DNA of 64,000 nucleotides from Oculatellaceae cyanobacterium bins.114 (GTDB lineage Bacteria; Cyanobacteriota; Cyanobacteriia; Elainellales; Elainellaceae): NCBI GenBank assembly GCA_033764315.1, contig JANRJA010000075.1, positions 86,402 to 150,401 of the forward strand, read 5' to 3'. Shown piece by piece: positions 55,147 to 64,000 of this stretch (position 1 is its first letter; each line of letters starts with the position of its first letter). The notes under the pieces were generated by a model. It saw only the letters and a program-made list of their open reading frames with translations, ran no database searches and was not told where the DNA came from. The position numbers and the translations under genes were made by a program.

Positions 55147-55554
55147 ATGCCGCTTTGGAGACTGTACTATCATGTCGTTTGGACGACTAAGTATCGGCAA
55201 CCGTTGATTACACAAACACGGGAACCAGAACTGTATCGCTATCTGCGGGACAAGACCAATGCGCTAGGATGCATTTTACATGCAGTCGGTGGCATGGAAG
55301 ATCACATTCATCTTGTGGTGTCGATTCCCCCGAAGTTAGCGATCGCTGATTACGTTCAGCAAATTAAAGGTGGCAGTTCTCATTTTGTTAACCAATTGCT
55401 GCCCTCTGAGGGATTGGGCTTTACCTGGCAAGCGGAATATGGGGTGTTCTCAATGGGTGAATCCCAATCGCCGCAAGCGATCGCTTACGTGAAAAACCAA
55501 AAACAACATCACACCGACGGAATCTTAATCTCTGCTCTGGAACCCCGTTCGTAA
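55147..55554 (+). mobile_element. tnpA: IS200/IS605-family Y1 (HUH) transposase, RAYT-like; no tnpB
   Basis: YHVVWTTKYR, DHIHL (HUH), WQ..Y..FS, YVKNQ..HH. Confidence 0.9.
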
Positions 55555-55620
55555 ATCCCTTTAAGATTTTTTGTTTCAGAATAGGCTTGTCCGTTAACCC
55601 AATCCTGTTGGATGTTTGAA

Positions 55621-57993
55621 TTAAGCCTCAGTTGCAAACGTGAGTCGATGAGTGCTGCCATCATCCTGAAAGCGTTGCTCCCCCACACCGACCATGACAA
55701 CAATCACCTCGCGGTCGGGCGGAGTCCAGCTTCCCTGTCGAGGTTCTATATCAACGTGAAGTTGCTGCTCTGCTTGGATAACGCGATATTGCGTTGTGGA
55801 GTATGCTCCAGAGCGATAGTCAAAGCTGCGACCATCATCTTCATAGAGCAACCATTCGCCATCACCGGGATACACCCACAGCGTCAACTCCGTGAGCGGT
55901 CGCTCATCGACGTATTGCGTCACCGTTCGCATGGGAATGATTGCCCCCGCCCGGACATACATCGGCATCCGCTCTAGCGGCGCGTGAGCCATGATGTAGT
56001 TGCCACCGTCATAGCGTTCCCCTGTCCACCAGTCATACCAGATGCCATCTGGTAGGTATACTGCTCGACACTCGACCCCCGGACGATAGACTGGAGCCGC
56101 CATCAAAAAAGGACCGAGCATCACCTGATCGTGCAGGGTGTAGGTTTTGGGGTCATTGGGAAACTCGTAAACCAGCGGGCGCAAAATCGGTGCTCCCGTA
56201 TTGGATGCCTGCCAAAACAGCGTATAGAGATAGGGCATCAAGCGATAGCGCAACTCGATATAGTCACGACAAATCGTTTCGACGCGATCGCCAAATACCC
56301 ACGGTTCGTGTCGTGCGGTGCTCATGGCTGAATGTCCGCGCATCAGGGGATAGAGCATTCCCACCTGCATCCAACGGGCAAACAACTCGGCAGTGGCGTT
56401 GCTGGCAAATCCACCAATGTCACACCCGACAAAGGCAACTCCTGACAATCCCATGTTGCAGAGCATGGGCAACGACATCTCCAGATGATCCCAGAGCGAG
56501 TGGTTGTCACCCATCCACACCGACGACCAGCGTTGAATTCCGGCAAAGCCTGATCGCGTCAAGACAAACGGTCGCTCATTTCGCAGTCGTTCCAATCCCT
56601 CTGCACAGGCTTGTGCCATCCCCAACCCATATAGGTTATGAGCCTCGGCGTGAGTGGTGCGTTCCCCTTCTGCTCCCTGCGGGGCATCCAACGGAAACGC
56701 AATCTTGTTGCCCTCATCACCAAAGGGGCGATCGTCCAGCGCAGGCTCATTCATATCGTTCCAAATACCTGCTACTCCTGCTTCTGTTAGGCTCTTTTGC
56801 CAGTTGCCCCACCACTCGCGCACCTCTGGCTTGAGAAAATCAGGAAAGACCGCTTTTTCGGGCCAGACATAGCCGTGAACCAACGTTCCGTCGGCTTTGC
56901 GGACAAAGTAATCGCGTTCAAACCCCTGATCAAAGATGGGGTAATCGGCTTCGGGTTCGTACTTCACGCCCGGATCAACAATCGAGACGGTTTTAAATCC
57001 GTTTGCAGCTAGATCACCAATGAGCTTTGCTGGATTAGGGAACCGTTTCGGACTCCAGGTAAAGACCCGATAGCCTCGCATATAGTCGATGTCGAGGTGA
57101 ATCACATCACAGGGAATGTGGCGATCGCGAAACTCGCGTGCCAACTCTCGCACCACATCCTCAGATTCATAACTCCAGCGACACTGGTGATAGCCCAGCG
57201 ACCATTTAGGTGGCAGGGGCATGCGTCCCGTCAGTTGGGTATAGGTGTCTAAAATCTGCGCTGGCTCTGGCCCGTAGATGATGTAGTAATCTAGCTCGCT
57301 GCTCTGCGTCTCCATCTGCCAGATTCCTGATTGTCGGGCACCCATGTCAAACTGACTCCAATGTGTACTGTTGAGAAACAGTCCATAACTTAGCCCCGGA
57401 CGCAACGCCAGAAAGAATGGAATGGCTTGATACATCTCATCTGTGAGGGAACCGTAGTCCAATGCATCCACCGTCCAGTTGGTCTTGCGCTCCGATCGCT
57501 TGTCGAGCAGTCCAGTGCGTTCGCCAAACCCATAAAAGTGTTCGTCGTCTTCGATGCGCTTCCAGCTAGCCACCGAACCCGATCGCCATCCCAGACCCAA
57601 CTCAGCATCACTGGCAAAGGGTTGCATCTGCGTGTCATAGCAAGCAATGCGACAGGGGTTACGGTGAATTAGCACCCGTATCTTGTCAGTTTGGAGGGCG
57701 ATTACCCCCAAGGGGGAACTGCTTCGCACCGCGCCTTCCCCTTCCTCGATCTCAAACGCAGGGGTTTCCCACTCTGCATCATCCCGTGTTACTGCCCACG
57801 ACCGCCGGGGCAAAAAGTCCCCATTGGGGACAAATCGCACCCGAATGAGGTTAGCTGCGAGAATGCTAACTCTCAGCCGAGCCTCTCCACACACCAACTC
57901 AACACCGCGATCGTGCGGTTCAACTGCTGTAACCGCAGGAATTTCGTGCCAGGGTGATTCGAGAGAATGCAGTGATCCAAAGAATTGAGGCAT
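55621..57993 (-). CDS. glycoside hydrolase family 31 (alpha-glucosidase)
   Basis: GYHQCRWSY, LDIDYM, WNDMNEP, WMGDN, GCDIGGF. Confidence 0.96.
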   Translation of the reverse strand: MPQFFGSLHSLESPWHEIPAVTAVEPHDRGVELVCGEARLRVSILAANLIRVRFVPNGDFLPRRSWAVTRDDAEWETPAFEIEEGEGAVRSSSPLGVIALQTDKIRVLIHRNPCRIACYDTQMQPFASDAELGLGWRSGSVASWKRIEDDEHFYGFGERTGLLDKRSERKTNWTVDALDYGSLTDEMYQAIPFFLALRPGLSYGLFLNSTHWSQFDMGARQSGIWQMETQSSELDYYIIYGPEPAQILDTYTQLTGRMPLPPKWSLGYHQCRWSYESEDVVRELAREFRDRHIPCDVIHLDIDYMRGYRVFTWSPKRFPNPAKLIGDLAANGFKTVSIVDPGVKYEPEADYPIFDQGFERDYFVRKADGTLVHGYVWPEKAVFPDFLKPEVREWWGNWQKSLTEAGVAGIWNDMNEPALDDRPFGDEGNKIAFPLDAPQGAEGERTTHAEAHNLYGLGMAQACAEGLERLRNERPFVLTRSGFAGIQRWSSVWMGDNHSLWDHLEMSLPMLCNMGLSGVAFVGCDIGGFASNATAELFARWMQVGMLYPLMRGHSAMSTARHEPWVFGDRVETICRDYIELRYRLMPYLYTLFWQASNTGAPILRPLVYEFPNDPKTYTLHDQVMLGPFLMAAPVYRPGVECRAVYLPDGIWYDWWTGERYDGGNYIMAHAPLERMPMYVRAGAIIPMRTVTQYVDERPLTELTLWVYPGDGEWLLYEDDGRSFDYRSGAYSTTQYRVIQAEQQLHVDIEPRQGSWTPPDREVIVVMVGVGEQRFQDDGSTHRLTFATEA

Positions 57994-58041
57994 AGGGGGT
58001 TAGAAGGGGAATAGGAAATGGGAAGTAAGGGCGTAAGAGAC

Positions 58042-58087
58042 GAATGTATGGGAGAGACGCGATTAATCGCGTCTCTCCCATACATTC
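58042..58087. repeat. perfect 46 bp palindrome
   Basis: GAATGTATGGGAGAGACGCGATT|AATCGCGTCTCTCCCATACATTC. Confidence 0.95.
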
Positions 58088-58093
58088 ACCCCT

Positions 58094-58876
58094 CTATCCC
58101 TGTAATAACGATTCGCCGCCATCAATCCAAACCTCAGTGCCAGTGATATGGCTAGAGGCATCAGAAGCTAGAAACAACACCAATTGGGCTACTTGCTCAG
58201 ATGTGCCCGACTTTCCATCCGTTAGGGGAATGCGTCCCTCAGGAAACTCCACGGGTTCCTTCACCTGATCGAGGTTGCGTTGCTGAGTGTTCTCGTTGAT
58301 ATTTGTATCGATCGCCCCTGGACAAATGACATTCACTCGAATCCGGTGCTCTGCCAGTTCCAATGCCACCATCTTGGTAAAAGCAACCTGTGCCGCTTTA
58401 GTGCAGGAATAGGCAGTCGCCCCAGTATTGCTAAAAATGCGCGTGCCATTGACCGATGAGGTGATAATCACTGAGCCGCCCTGCTGTTTTAAGTAAGGCA
58501 CTGCATACTTCACTGTGAGAAACGTACCCCGCAAATTAATGTTGATAGTCTTATCCCATTCGTCGGGAGATAATTCCTCAATGGGTGCCCACACACCGTT
58601 GATGCCTGCATTGGCAAAGACTATATCAATGCGCCCCCATTTGTCGCCAATCGTTTGCATCGCTTGTTGCATCTGATCGGGTTGAGAGATATCTGCGATC
58701 GCCGACATCGCTTCACCACCTGCCTGTTGAATCTTGCCAATCGTTTCTTGACTATCATCAGGAGTGCGATCGATCGCCCCCACCTTTGCTCCCTGTTGAG
58801 CCAACAGCAAAGCTGCTGCTCGACCAATCCCCGATCCGGCCCCTGTGATAACTGCGACCTTGCCTGCCACTTGCAT
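58094..58876 (-). CDS. short-chain dehydrogenase/reductase
   Basis: TGAGSGIG, ANAG, YSCTK, RVNVICPG. Confidence 0.95.
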   Translation of the reverse strand: MQVAGKVAVITGAGSGIGRAAALLLAQQGAKVGAIDRTPDDSQETIGKIQQAGGEAMSAIADISQPDQMQQAMQTIGDKWGRIDIVFANAGINGVWAPIEELSPDEWDKTININLRGTFLTVKYAVPYLKQQGGSVIITSSVNGTRIFSNTGATAYSCTKAAQVAFTKMVALELAEHRIRVNVICPGAIDTNINENTQQRNLDQVKEPVEFPEGRIPLTDGKSGTSEQVAQLVLFLASDASSHITGTEVWIDGGESLLQG

Positions 58877-58989
58877 AACGAATTTCCCTACTGTTGAGTT
58901 AGTTGACTGCTAAAGACTTGATTAAAACTCGATGTAGGATGGGCTAGCGTGGTGTAATCCTTGCGAGTGTTGGGTTTCGCGCCTCTATT

Positions 58990-59132
58990 CGATTTACGAT
59001 AATCGGGTCGTCTATTAGCCCGTTGACGACGACTGTTGCGCCTTCTTTGGCAAACTTATGGGCGATCGCTTCTCCAATTTCTGTGCCCGCACCCGTGACG
59101 ATCGTCACCTTCTCTTCTAATCGTCTGGTCAT
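58990..59132 (-). pseudogene. SDR N-terminal fragment
   Basis: MTRRLEEKVTIVTGAGTEIGEAIAHKFAKEGATVVVNG, after which SDR similarity ends. Confidence 0.75.
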
Positions 59133-59300
59133 CTTGCTAATCCCTATCCACCGCATTTTTTGCCATTCCACTACACAGGGTTATCGAGAAAGGGCGATCG
59201 CACCTCTGTCCATAGTGGAGTCATGAGGTTCTGTCTTCAGCAGGTTTAATCAATGGCGCAGACGTTGTTAATGTGCAAACAACGAACTTTACGAATTGTT

Positions 59301-59801
59301 ATGACATATACAACTTCAAATTCTACCAGTGAAATGGTTCAAGCCTTTCAGGGACTGGATGTTGACCAACAGTTGGCCCTGTTCTGGTTTGTTTATAAGG
59401 AAATGGGTAAATCGGTCACGCCAGCCGCTCCTAATGCCAGCACTGTCTCACCTGCAATCGCCCAAGGGTTATTCGATCAAGTAGCAGAGCTATCGCACGA
59501 TGAGCAATTGCAATTGCAGCGTGACCTGATTACCAACAAAAACACCTTTATCGCTCGTGAATATGGCGCGTTAAGCGATACGACCAAGCTGTTGTTCTGG
59601 TATTTTCTGGCACAAGGGATGGATCAAAATGTGATCGTTCCCTTCCCGTCTGACTACGCGCTGGTAGAAGACGCTAATAATCTGTTTGGACAGATTAAAG
59701 GGTTAGACTTTGGTCAACAAATTACCTTCTTCCGCAACATCGTTGCGCCGATGGGCGTTGACCCTACAGCCGTTGAGCATGATTCAACAACAGGATTGTA
59801 G
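59301..59801 (+). CDS. helical carotenoid protein (stand-alone OCP N-terminal domain)
   Basis: VDQQLAL.W..YKEMG..VTPAAP, KLLFWY.LAQGM, QQITFFR..V..MG.DP. Confidence 0.92.
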   Translation: MTYTTSNSTSEMVQAFQGLDVDQQLALFWFVYKEMGKSVTPAAPNASTVSPAIAQGLFDQVAELSHDEQLQLQRDLITNKNTFIAREYGALSDTTKLLFWYFLAQGMDQNVIVPFPSDYALVEDANNLFGQIKGLDFGQQITFFRNIVAPMGVDPTAVEHDSTTGL

Positions 59802-59984
59802 AAAACAAGAATCGAATCAAAACCTTTCGCCCACGTGGGATACGGCTATACATCAATCCTTCCAGTCCTCTAAATCCTCTCCTCTAAGGGATTTATGCTA
59901 TCTCTAGACTTTTAGCCTACACATCAAAATCCTCGGTAGAGACGTTTCGCAAAACGCTCCTATCGAGGATTTTAGGGTAGTCTT

Positions 59985-61223
59985 TCATGCTTCCCTTTTT
60001 CCCACCGCTGCGATCGCCGCTTCTAGAGCGATCGCCACATGAGTCCAATGAGTCCCACCTTGACAAAAGACAACATAAGGTTCTCTCAAAGGACCATCGG
60101 CTGAAAATTCAGAAGTGCTACCATCAATAAAGGTGCCGCCCGCCATCACCAATTCACTTTCATAACCCGGCATTTCTGCTGGCACAGGGCTGAGGTAAGA
60201 GCCAATCGGTGAGTGGTGTTGAATGGCTTTGCAGAAGGCGATGATTTTCTCAGGAGAACCTAGCTTGATTGCTTGAATGACATCCCGTCGAGGCGCACCT
60301 GGCAACGGATTGACTGGATAGCCCAATTGTTGAAATACCGTCGCAGTTAGGTGATTTCCCTTGATCGCTTCGCCGACCATTTGAGGGGCTAAAAACAACC
60401 CCTGAAATAACAATCGATTTTGGTCAAATGTGGCTCCTCCAGCACTCCCGATTCCTGGTGCAGTCAGCCGACAGCTCGCCTGCTCAACTAGATCAGCCCG
60501 ACCTGCAATATATCCCCCTGCGGTGACAATTGTTCCTCCTGGGTTTTTGATCAACGATCCGGCAATTAAGTCAGCCCCAACGGCTGGCGGTTCCCGGTCT
60601 TCAACAAACTCGCCATAGCAGTTGTCTACAAAACAAACCGTTTGGGGGTTCTGCTGTTTAACCAAATAAACAATTTTTTCAATATCGGCGATCGCCAAAC
60701 TCTGCCGCCAGGTATACCCACACGACCGCTGGATCAGTACCATTCGAGTTTGGGGGAGCACGGCACTGGCTAATGCATCCCAGTCGATTTCTCCATTAGG
60801 AGTTAAATCTAATTGGCGGTAGTGAATTCCAAACTCCTGTAGGGAACCCTGGTTTTGTTCTCGTAATCCAATGACTTCTTCTAACGTATCGTAGGGTGCA
60901 CCTGCTACGGCTAGAAGCTCGTCACCGGGACGCAAGATACCAAACAGGGCACAGGCGATCGCGTGAGTGCCAGAGACAAACTGCACTCGCACGGCTGCTG
61001 CTTCTGCCCCCATCACCTCAGCAAACACTCGGTCGAGGGTTTGTCGTCCTAAATCGTCGTGACCATACCCAGATACACTGGAAAAATGGTGCACCCCGAC
61101 TTGATGACGACGCATCGCTGTGAGCACTCGTCTCAGATTTTTCTTGACCTGAGCATCAATTCCAGAAAAAATTTGGAATAGTGCTTTTTCTGCTTGCTGA
61201 AGGTACTGTTCAGGGTTCATCAC
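59985..61223 (-). CDS. methionine gamma-lyase family / aluminium-resistance (YnbB-like) PLP protein
   Basis: GYGHDDLGR, FVSGTHAI, FVDNCYGEF, GSLIKNPGG. Confidence 0.92.
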   Translation of the reverse strand: MMNPEQYLQQAEKALFQIFSGIDAQVKKNLRRVLTAMRRHQVGVHHFSSVSGYGHDDLGRQTLDRVFAEVMGAEAAAVRVQFVSGTHAIACALFGILRPGDELLAVAGAPYDTLEEVIGLREQNQGSLQEFGIHYRQLDLTPNGEIDWDALASAVLPQTRMVLIQRSCGYTWRQSLAIADIEKIVYLVKQQNPQTVCFVDNCYGEFVEDREPPAVGADLIAGSLIKNPGGTIVTAGGYIAGRADLVEQASCRLTAPGIGSAGGATFDQNRLLFQGLFLAPQMVGEAIKGNHLTATVFQQLGYPVNPLPGAPRRDVIQAIKLGSPEKIIAFCKAIQHHSPIGSYLSPVPAEMPGYESELVMAGGTFIDGSTSEFSADGPLREPYVVFCQGGTHWTHVAIALEAAIAAVGKREA

Positions 61224-61448
61224 TCAATCTCTTGCAATTTGGTTGAAGTTACGAGCCAATCGGATTTGACACCGACGATTGCTAGGGCTTTGATACCCTT
61301 GTTCATCTGTTTCCCGAAGGAACTCTCGTGGTTCTCTCAATGCAGCACTGGACATCCAATGGTCTGTCTAGGTCGCTTTGCATGTGTTGAATTGGCGGAG
61401 TCTATTTTCGCGCAGATCGGGCTGCACTGTTCACATTGAGATTATTGA

Positions 61449-62267
61449 ATGACTATTGCAACCTCAACTAAACTTCCCTGGACCTGGCACACCATCTTGT
61501 TTATGGTGGGTATCCACATTGGCGCACTATTTGTTTTCCTACCTAGCAATTTCAGATGGTCAGCGGTTGGCTTATGTTTGTTGCTCCATTGGGTAACTGG
61601 CGGTTTGGGTATTACGCTTGGATGGCATCGCTTAGTAACCCATCGTAGTTTCCAAACCCCTAAATGGCTGGAATATTTGTTGGTCTTCTTTGGCAGCTTG
61701 TCCATGCAAGGAAGTGTGGTCGAATGGGTCGGGTTACATCGCCATCACCACATTCATTCTGATCAAGACTTAGATCACCATGATTCGAGTAAGGGCTTTT
61801 GGTGGAGCCATATGGAATGGATGTTACGTGACGTTCCGGCTAAACAATTTACGGATCGCTATACAAAAGACATCGCCAATGACCCGTTCTATCGGTTTTT
61901 AGACAAAAACTTTTTATTGCTTCAGGTAGCCTTAGCGGTTGTCCTTTATCTCGTGGGTGGTTGGTCGTTTGTTGTCTGGGGTGTGTTTTTACGCCTGATC
62001 CTGGTTTATCACTGCACCTGGTTTGTCAACAGTGCCACTCATAAGTTTGGTTATCGTACCTATGAATCGGGCGATCGCTCTACCAATTGTTGGTGGGTCG
62101 CTCTGCTGACCTATGGTGAAGGCTGGCACAATAACCATCACGCCTTTCAATACTCGGCTCGCCACGGCTTGCAATGGTGGGAGATTGACATGACCTGGAT
62201 GACGATTCGGTTCTTACAAACCCTGGGGTTAGCCTCTAAAGTCAAACTGGTTGAACCCACCGCTTGA
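61449..62267 (+). CDS. desC: acyl-lipid delta-9 desaturase
   Basis: His boxes HRLVTH, HRHHH, GEGWHNNHH. Confidence 0.93.
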   Translation: MTIATSTKLPWTWHTILFMVGIHIGALFVFLPSNFRWSAVGLCLLLHWVTGGLGITLGWHRLVTHRSFQTPKWLEYLLVFFGSLSMQGSVVEWVGLHRHHHIHSDQDLDHHDSSKGFWWSHMEWMLRDVPAKQFTDRYTKDIANDPFYRFLDKNFLLLQVALAVVLYLVGGWSFVVWGVFLRLILVYHCTWFVNSATHKFGYRTYESGDRSTNCWWVALLTYGEGWHNNHHAFQYSARHGLQWWEIDMTWMTIRFLQTLGLASKVKLVEPTA

Positions 62268-62317
62268 CCCAAGATGCAACAAACCCGCACGTCCCCGTTA
62301 ATTTTGTTTTTGAAGAA

Positions 62318-62422
62318 TATAGCAGCCGAGAGGCTGGTTGAACGGGGTGCAGGGGTAGAACCCCTGGCTGGGGGCGCAGCCCCCACACCCCCACTGTCCT
62401 AACCATCTACTCAATGGCTATA
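62318..62422. repeat. TATAGC-ended palindromic element with GC-rich inner hairpins
   Basis: TATAGC...CAGGGGTAGAACCCCTG..TGGGGGCGCAGCCCCCA...GTCCTAACC...GGCTATA. Confidence 0.65.
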
Positions 62423-62599
62423 AAAGGGATGGGCGAAGAGGTTACAAAAAAACGTAGGGACGTTAAATTGCACGTCCCTACTCATTTGCTATGACAACCG
62501 AGAACAACACACTTTGATTGAAATCGAAATCGGTTCAGTGAAGTCTGAGAACTTTAATCCCTCGGCTTAATCTGTGGAAGAGGGATTTTTAGAGTTCTA

Positions 62600-62860
62600 T
62601 TAACCAACTTGACGAGAGACAAACTTCTCAAAGTTTGCCTGTGTTTGGTGCAGCAGTTGCTCACGACTATCGGCTGTTTTAGTCAGCGTAGGAACCAGAT
62701 TGCGAGCTTGCAGTGCCATATGGAGTTGAAGATGGGCGACATACTCGCTGAAGTCTTCGCGGAGTAATGGATCTGAGGATTTGTCAAACGGGGAAACCAA
62801 AACTTTTACCTCTTTCAATACATCACTTTCAACAACGATATTGAACCTATCATGGGACAT
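62600..62860 (-). CDS. hypothetical protein
   Basis: 86 aa, AGGAG RBS; YVAHLQLHMALQARNLVP. Confidence 0.75.
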   Translation of the reverse strand: MSHDRFNIVVESDVLKEVKVLVSPFDKSSDPLLREDFSEYVAHLQLHMALQARNLVPTLTKTADSREQLLHQTQANFEKFVSRQVG

Positions 62861-63042
62861 TTCACTCCTTTGAATTTTGCAATGAAGTGTAACTCTAAAG
62901 GGGGTTGATATTAAAAAGTGTAACTAAAGAGAGAGGAAAGAGGGAAGCGGGAAAAAAGCATGGGGAAAGAAGTGCGTTGTGCCCTTTGCCGTCTGTGCTC
63001 TGTCCTCGATATCATCTCAGTAGGGAGCCAGGAATTAACATC

Positions 63043-63900
63043 GTGTTACACCGCAAACAAATTATTACATTGACCCCAGATCACCCTGACTATCATGCCG
63101 CTTACTCAGAGTGTGGCACTGGGGCACCCCTGCTGTTTTTGCATGGCTTTATGGGCGAGGGAGGCTGTTGGCAGTCAATCGTGTCTGATTTGGCGGCTGA
63201 TTATCGATGCATTGCCCTTGATATGTTGGGGTTTGGCGACTCCTCAAAACCGATGATTCGCTATGACATTGCTCAACTAGTGGCATTCGTGCGGCAGTTT
63301 GTGCTGACACTGGGGCTAGAGCGAGTTACGTTGGTTGGGCATTCTCTGGGAGCCTGGGTTGCGGCTGCCTATGCGCTGGCGTATGACGATGTCGCAGGGT
63401 TAGTCTTGGTGGCTCCGGCAGGCATTCGAGATGATAGTTTTTGCGGTCGCTATGACCACTTGCGCCCGTTGTTGTGGCAAACCCCAGTGGTGGATTGGGG
63501 TTTATGGTTGATGCAACCGTTGGCAAGTTTCATGGGGCAGCGTCAAAACCTCGATCGCCTGTGCGGGTTTCGACGCGAGATTAATGCCCAACCCGCTGGT
63601 CGTTCCTTCTTGGTCGATCGCCTGCGTCCTGAAGATGCGATCGATACGGTGGAAAAACAGATTCATCAATTGCGGGTGCTGACGTTGGTTGTGATTGGCG
63701 ATCGCGATGAGACGATTCCGCTTTGGCACGCTCAAACCTATGCTACTGAGATCGCGGGTGCTCAGCTGGTGGTGTTACCTAACGCCGATCACTCGCTGCC
63801 AGAGCTATATGAGGCGGGTGTTGTGGAGGCAATGCGTCCATTTCTCACGGAGGTGATTGATTCGCGCAGGCAAACCTTGTTTGATGTTAGTTCCCATTAG
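63043..63900 (+). CDS. alpha/beta hydrolase
   Basis: FLHGF, DMLGFGDS, GHSLG nucleophile elbow, D and H triad candidates; start uncertain. Confidence 0.92.
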   Translation: MLHRKQIITLTPDHPDYHAAYSECGTGAPLLFLHGFMGEGGCWQSIVSDLAADYRCIALDMLGFGDSSKPMIRYDIAQLVAFVRQFVLTLGLERVTLVGHSLGAWVAAAYALAYDDVAGLVLVAPAGIRDDSFCGRYDHLRPLLWQTPVVDWGLWLMQPLASFMGQRQNLDRLCGFRREINAQPAGRSFLVDRLRPEDAIDTVEKQIHQLRVLTLVVIGDRDETIPLWHAQTYATEIAGAQLVVLPNADHSLPELYEAGVVEAMRPFLTEVIDSRRQTLFDVSSH

Positions 63901-63902
63901 AA

Positions 63903-64000
63903 CGCTCAGCGAATGAATTTGCGGCTAGAAAAACCAAAAACGCCCAGCGAATGGAATTCGCGGCTAGAAAAACCAAGCCTGCCTTCGCAGTCTGCCGGAA
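63903..64000 (+). repeat. tandem-duplicated end of a multi-hairpin dispersed repeat, runs off window
   Basis: CAGCGAATG(G)AATT(T/C)GCGGCTAGAAAAACCAA twice; resembles the inner element at 6740-6855. Confidence 0.65.

Noticed and set aside
51639..55560. tRNA-anchored integrative island
   Set aside because: No integrase and no duplicated tRNA 3' end found in the window
57873..58268. Two opposite-strand ORFs both starting MYGRDAINRVSPIHS
   Set aside because: Artefact of the perfect palindrome at 58042-58087

Overview
Chromosomal segment of a filamentous cyanobacterium, inferred from dense HIP1 octamers (GCGATCGC), hetR, psbU, ycf34, desC and an OCP-N-terminal/HCP gene. Most of it is housekeeping: the atp1-a-c-b'-b-delta-alpha-gamma ATP synthase operon, nadB, prfC, uppP, a CCA-type tRNA nucleotidyltransferase, moaC, ampG, lexA and tRNA-Arg(ACG). 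Most notable: (i) hetR with a signal-peptide, HRGSGRR-containing patX-like gene directly upstream, surrounded by three pentapeptide-repeat genes, which could form a HetR/PatX/HetL-like module; (ii) a second, stand-alone secreted micro-protein ending in YVPPDNIGGPDRSQGSGTR behind about 1 kb of non-coding DNA; (iii) a LexA whose Ala-Gly autocleavage site reads Ala-His, although it keeps a canonical cyanobacterial LexA box; (iv) a Y1/HUH transposase with REPIN-like hairpins plus several families of dispersed palindromic repeats, some nested; (v) three decayed genes (TIR-TPR, GDPD, SDR). Family assignments come from motif recognition by eye; no searches were run.
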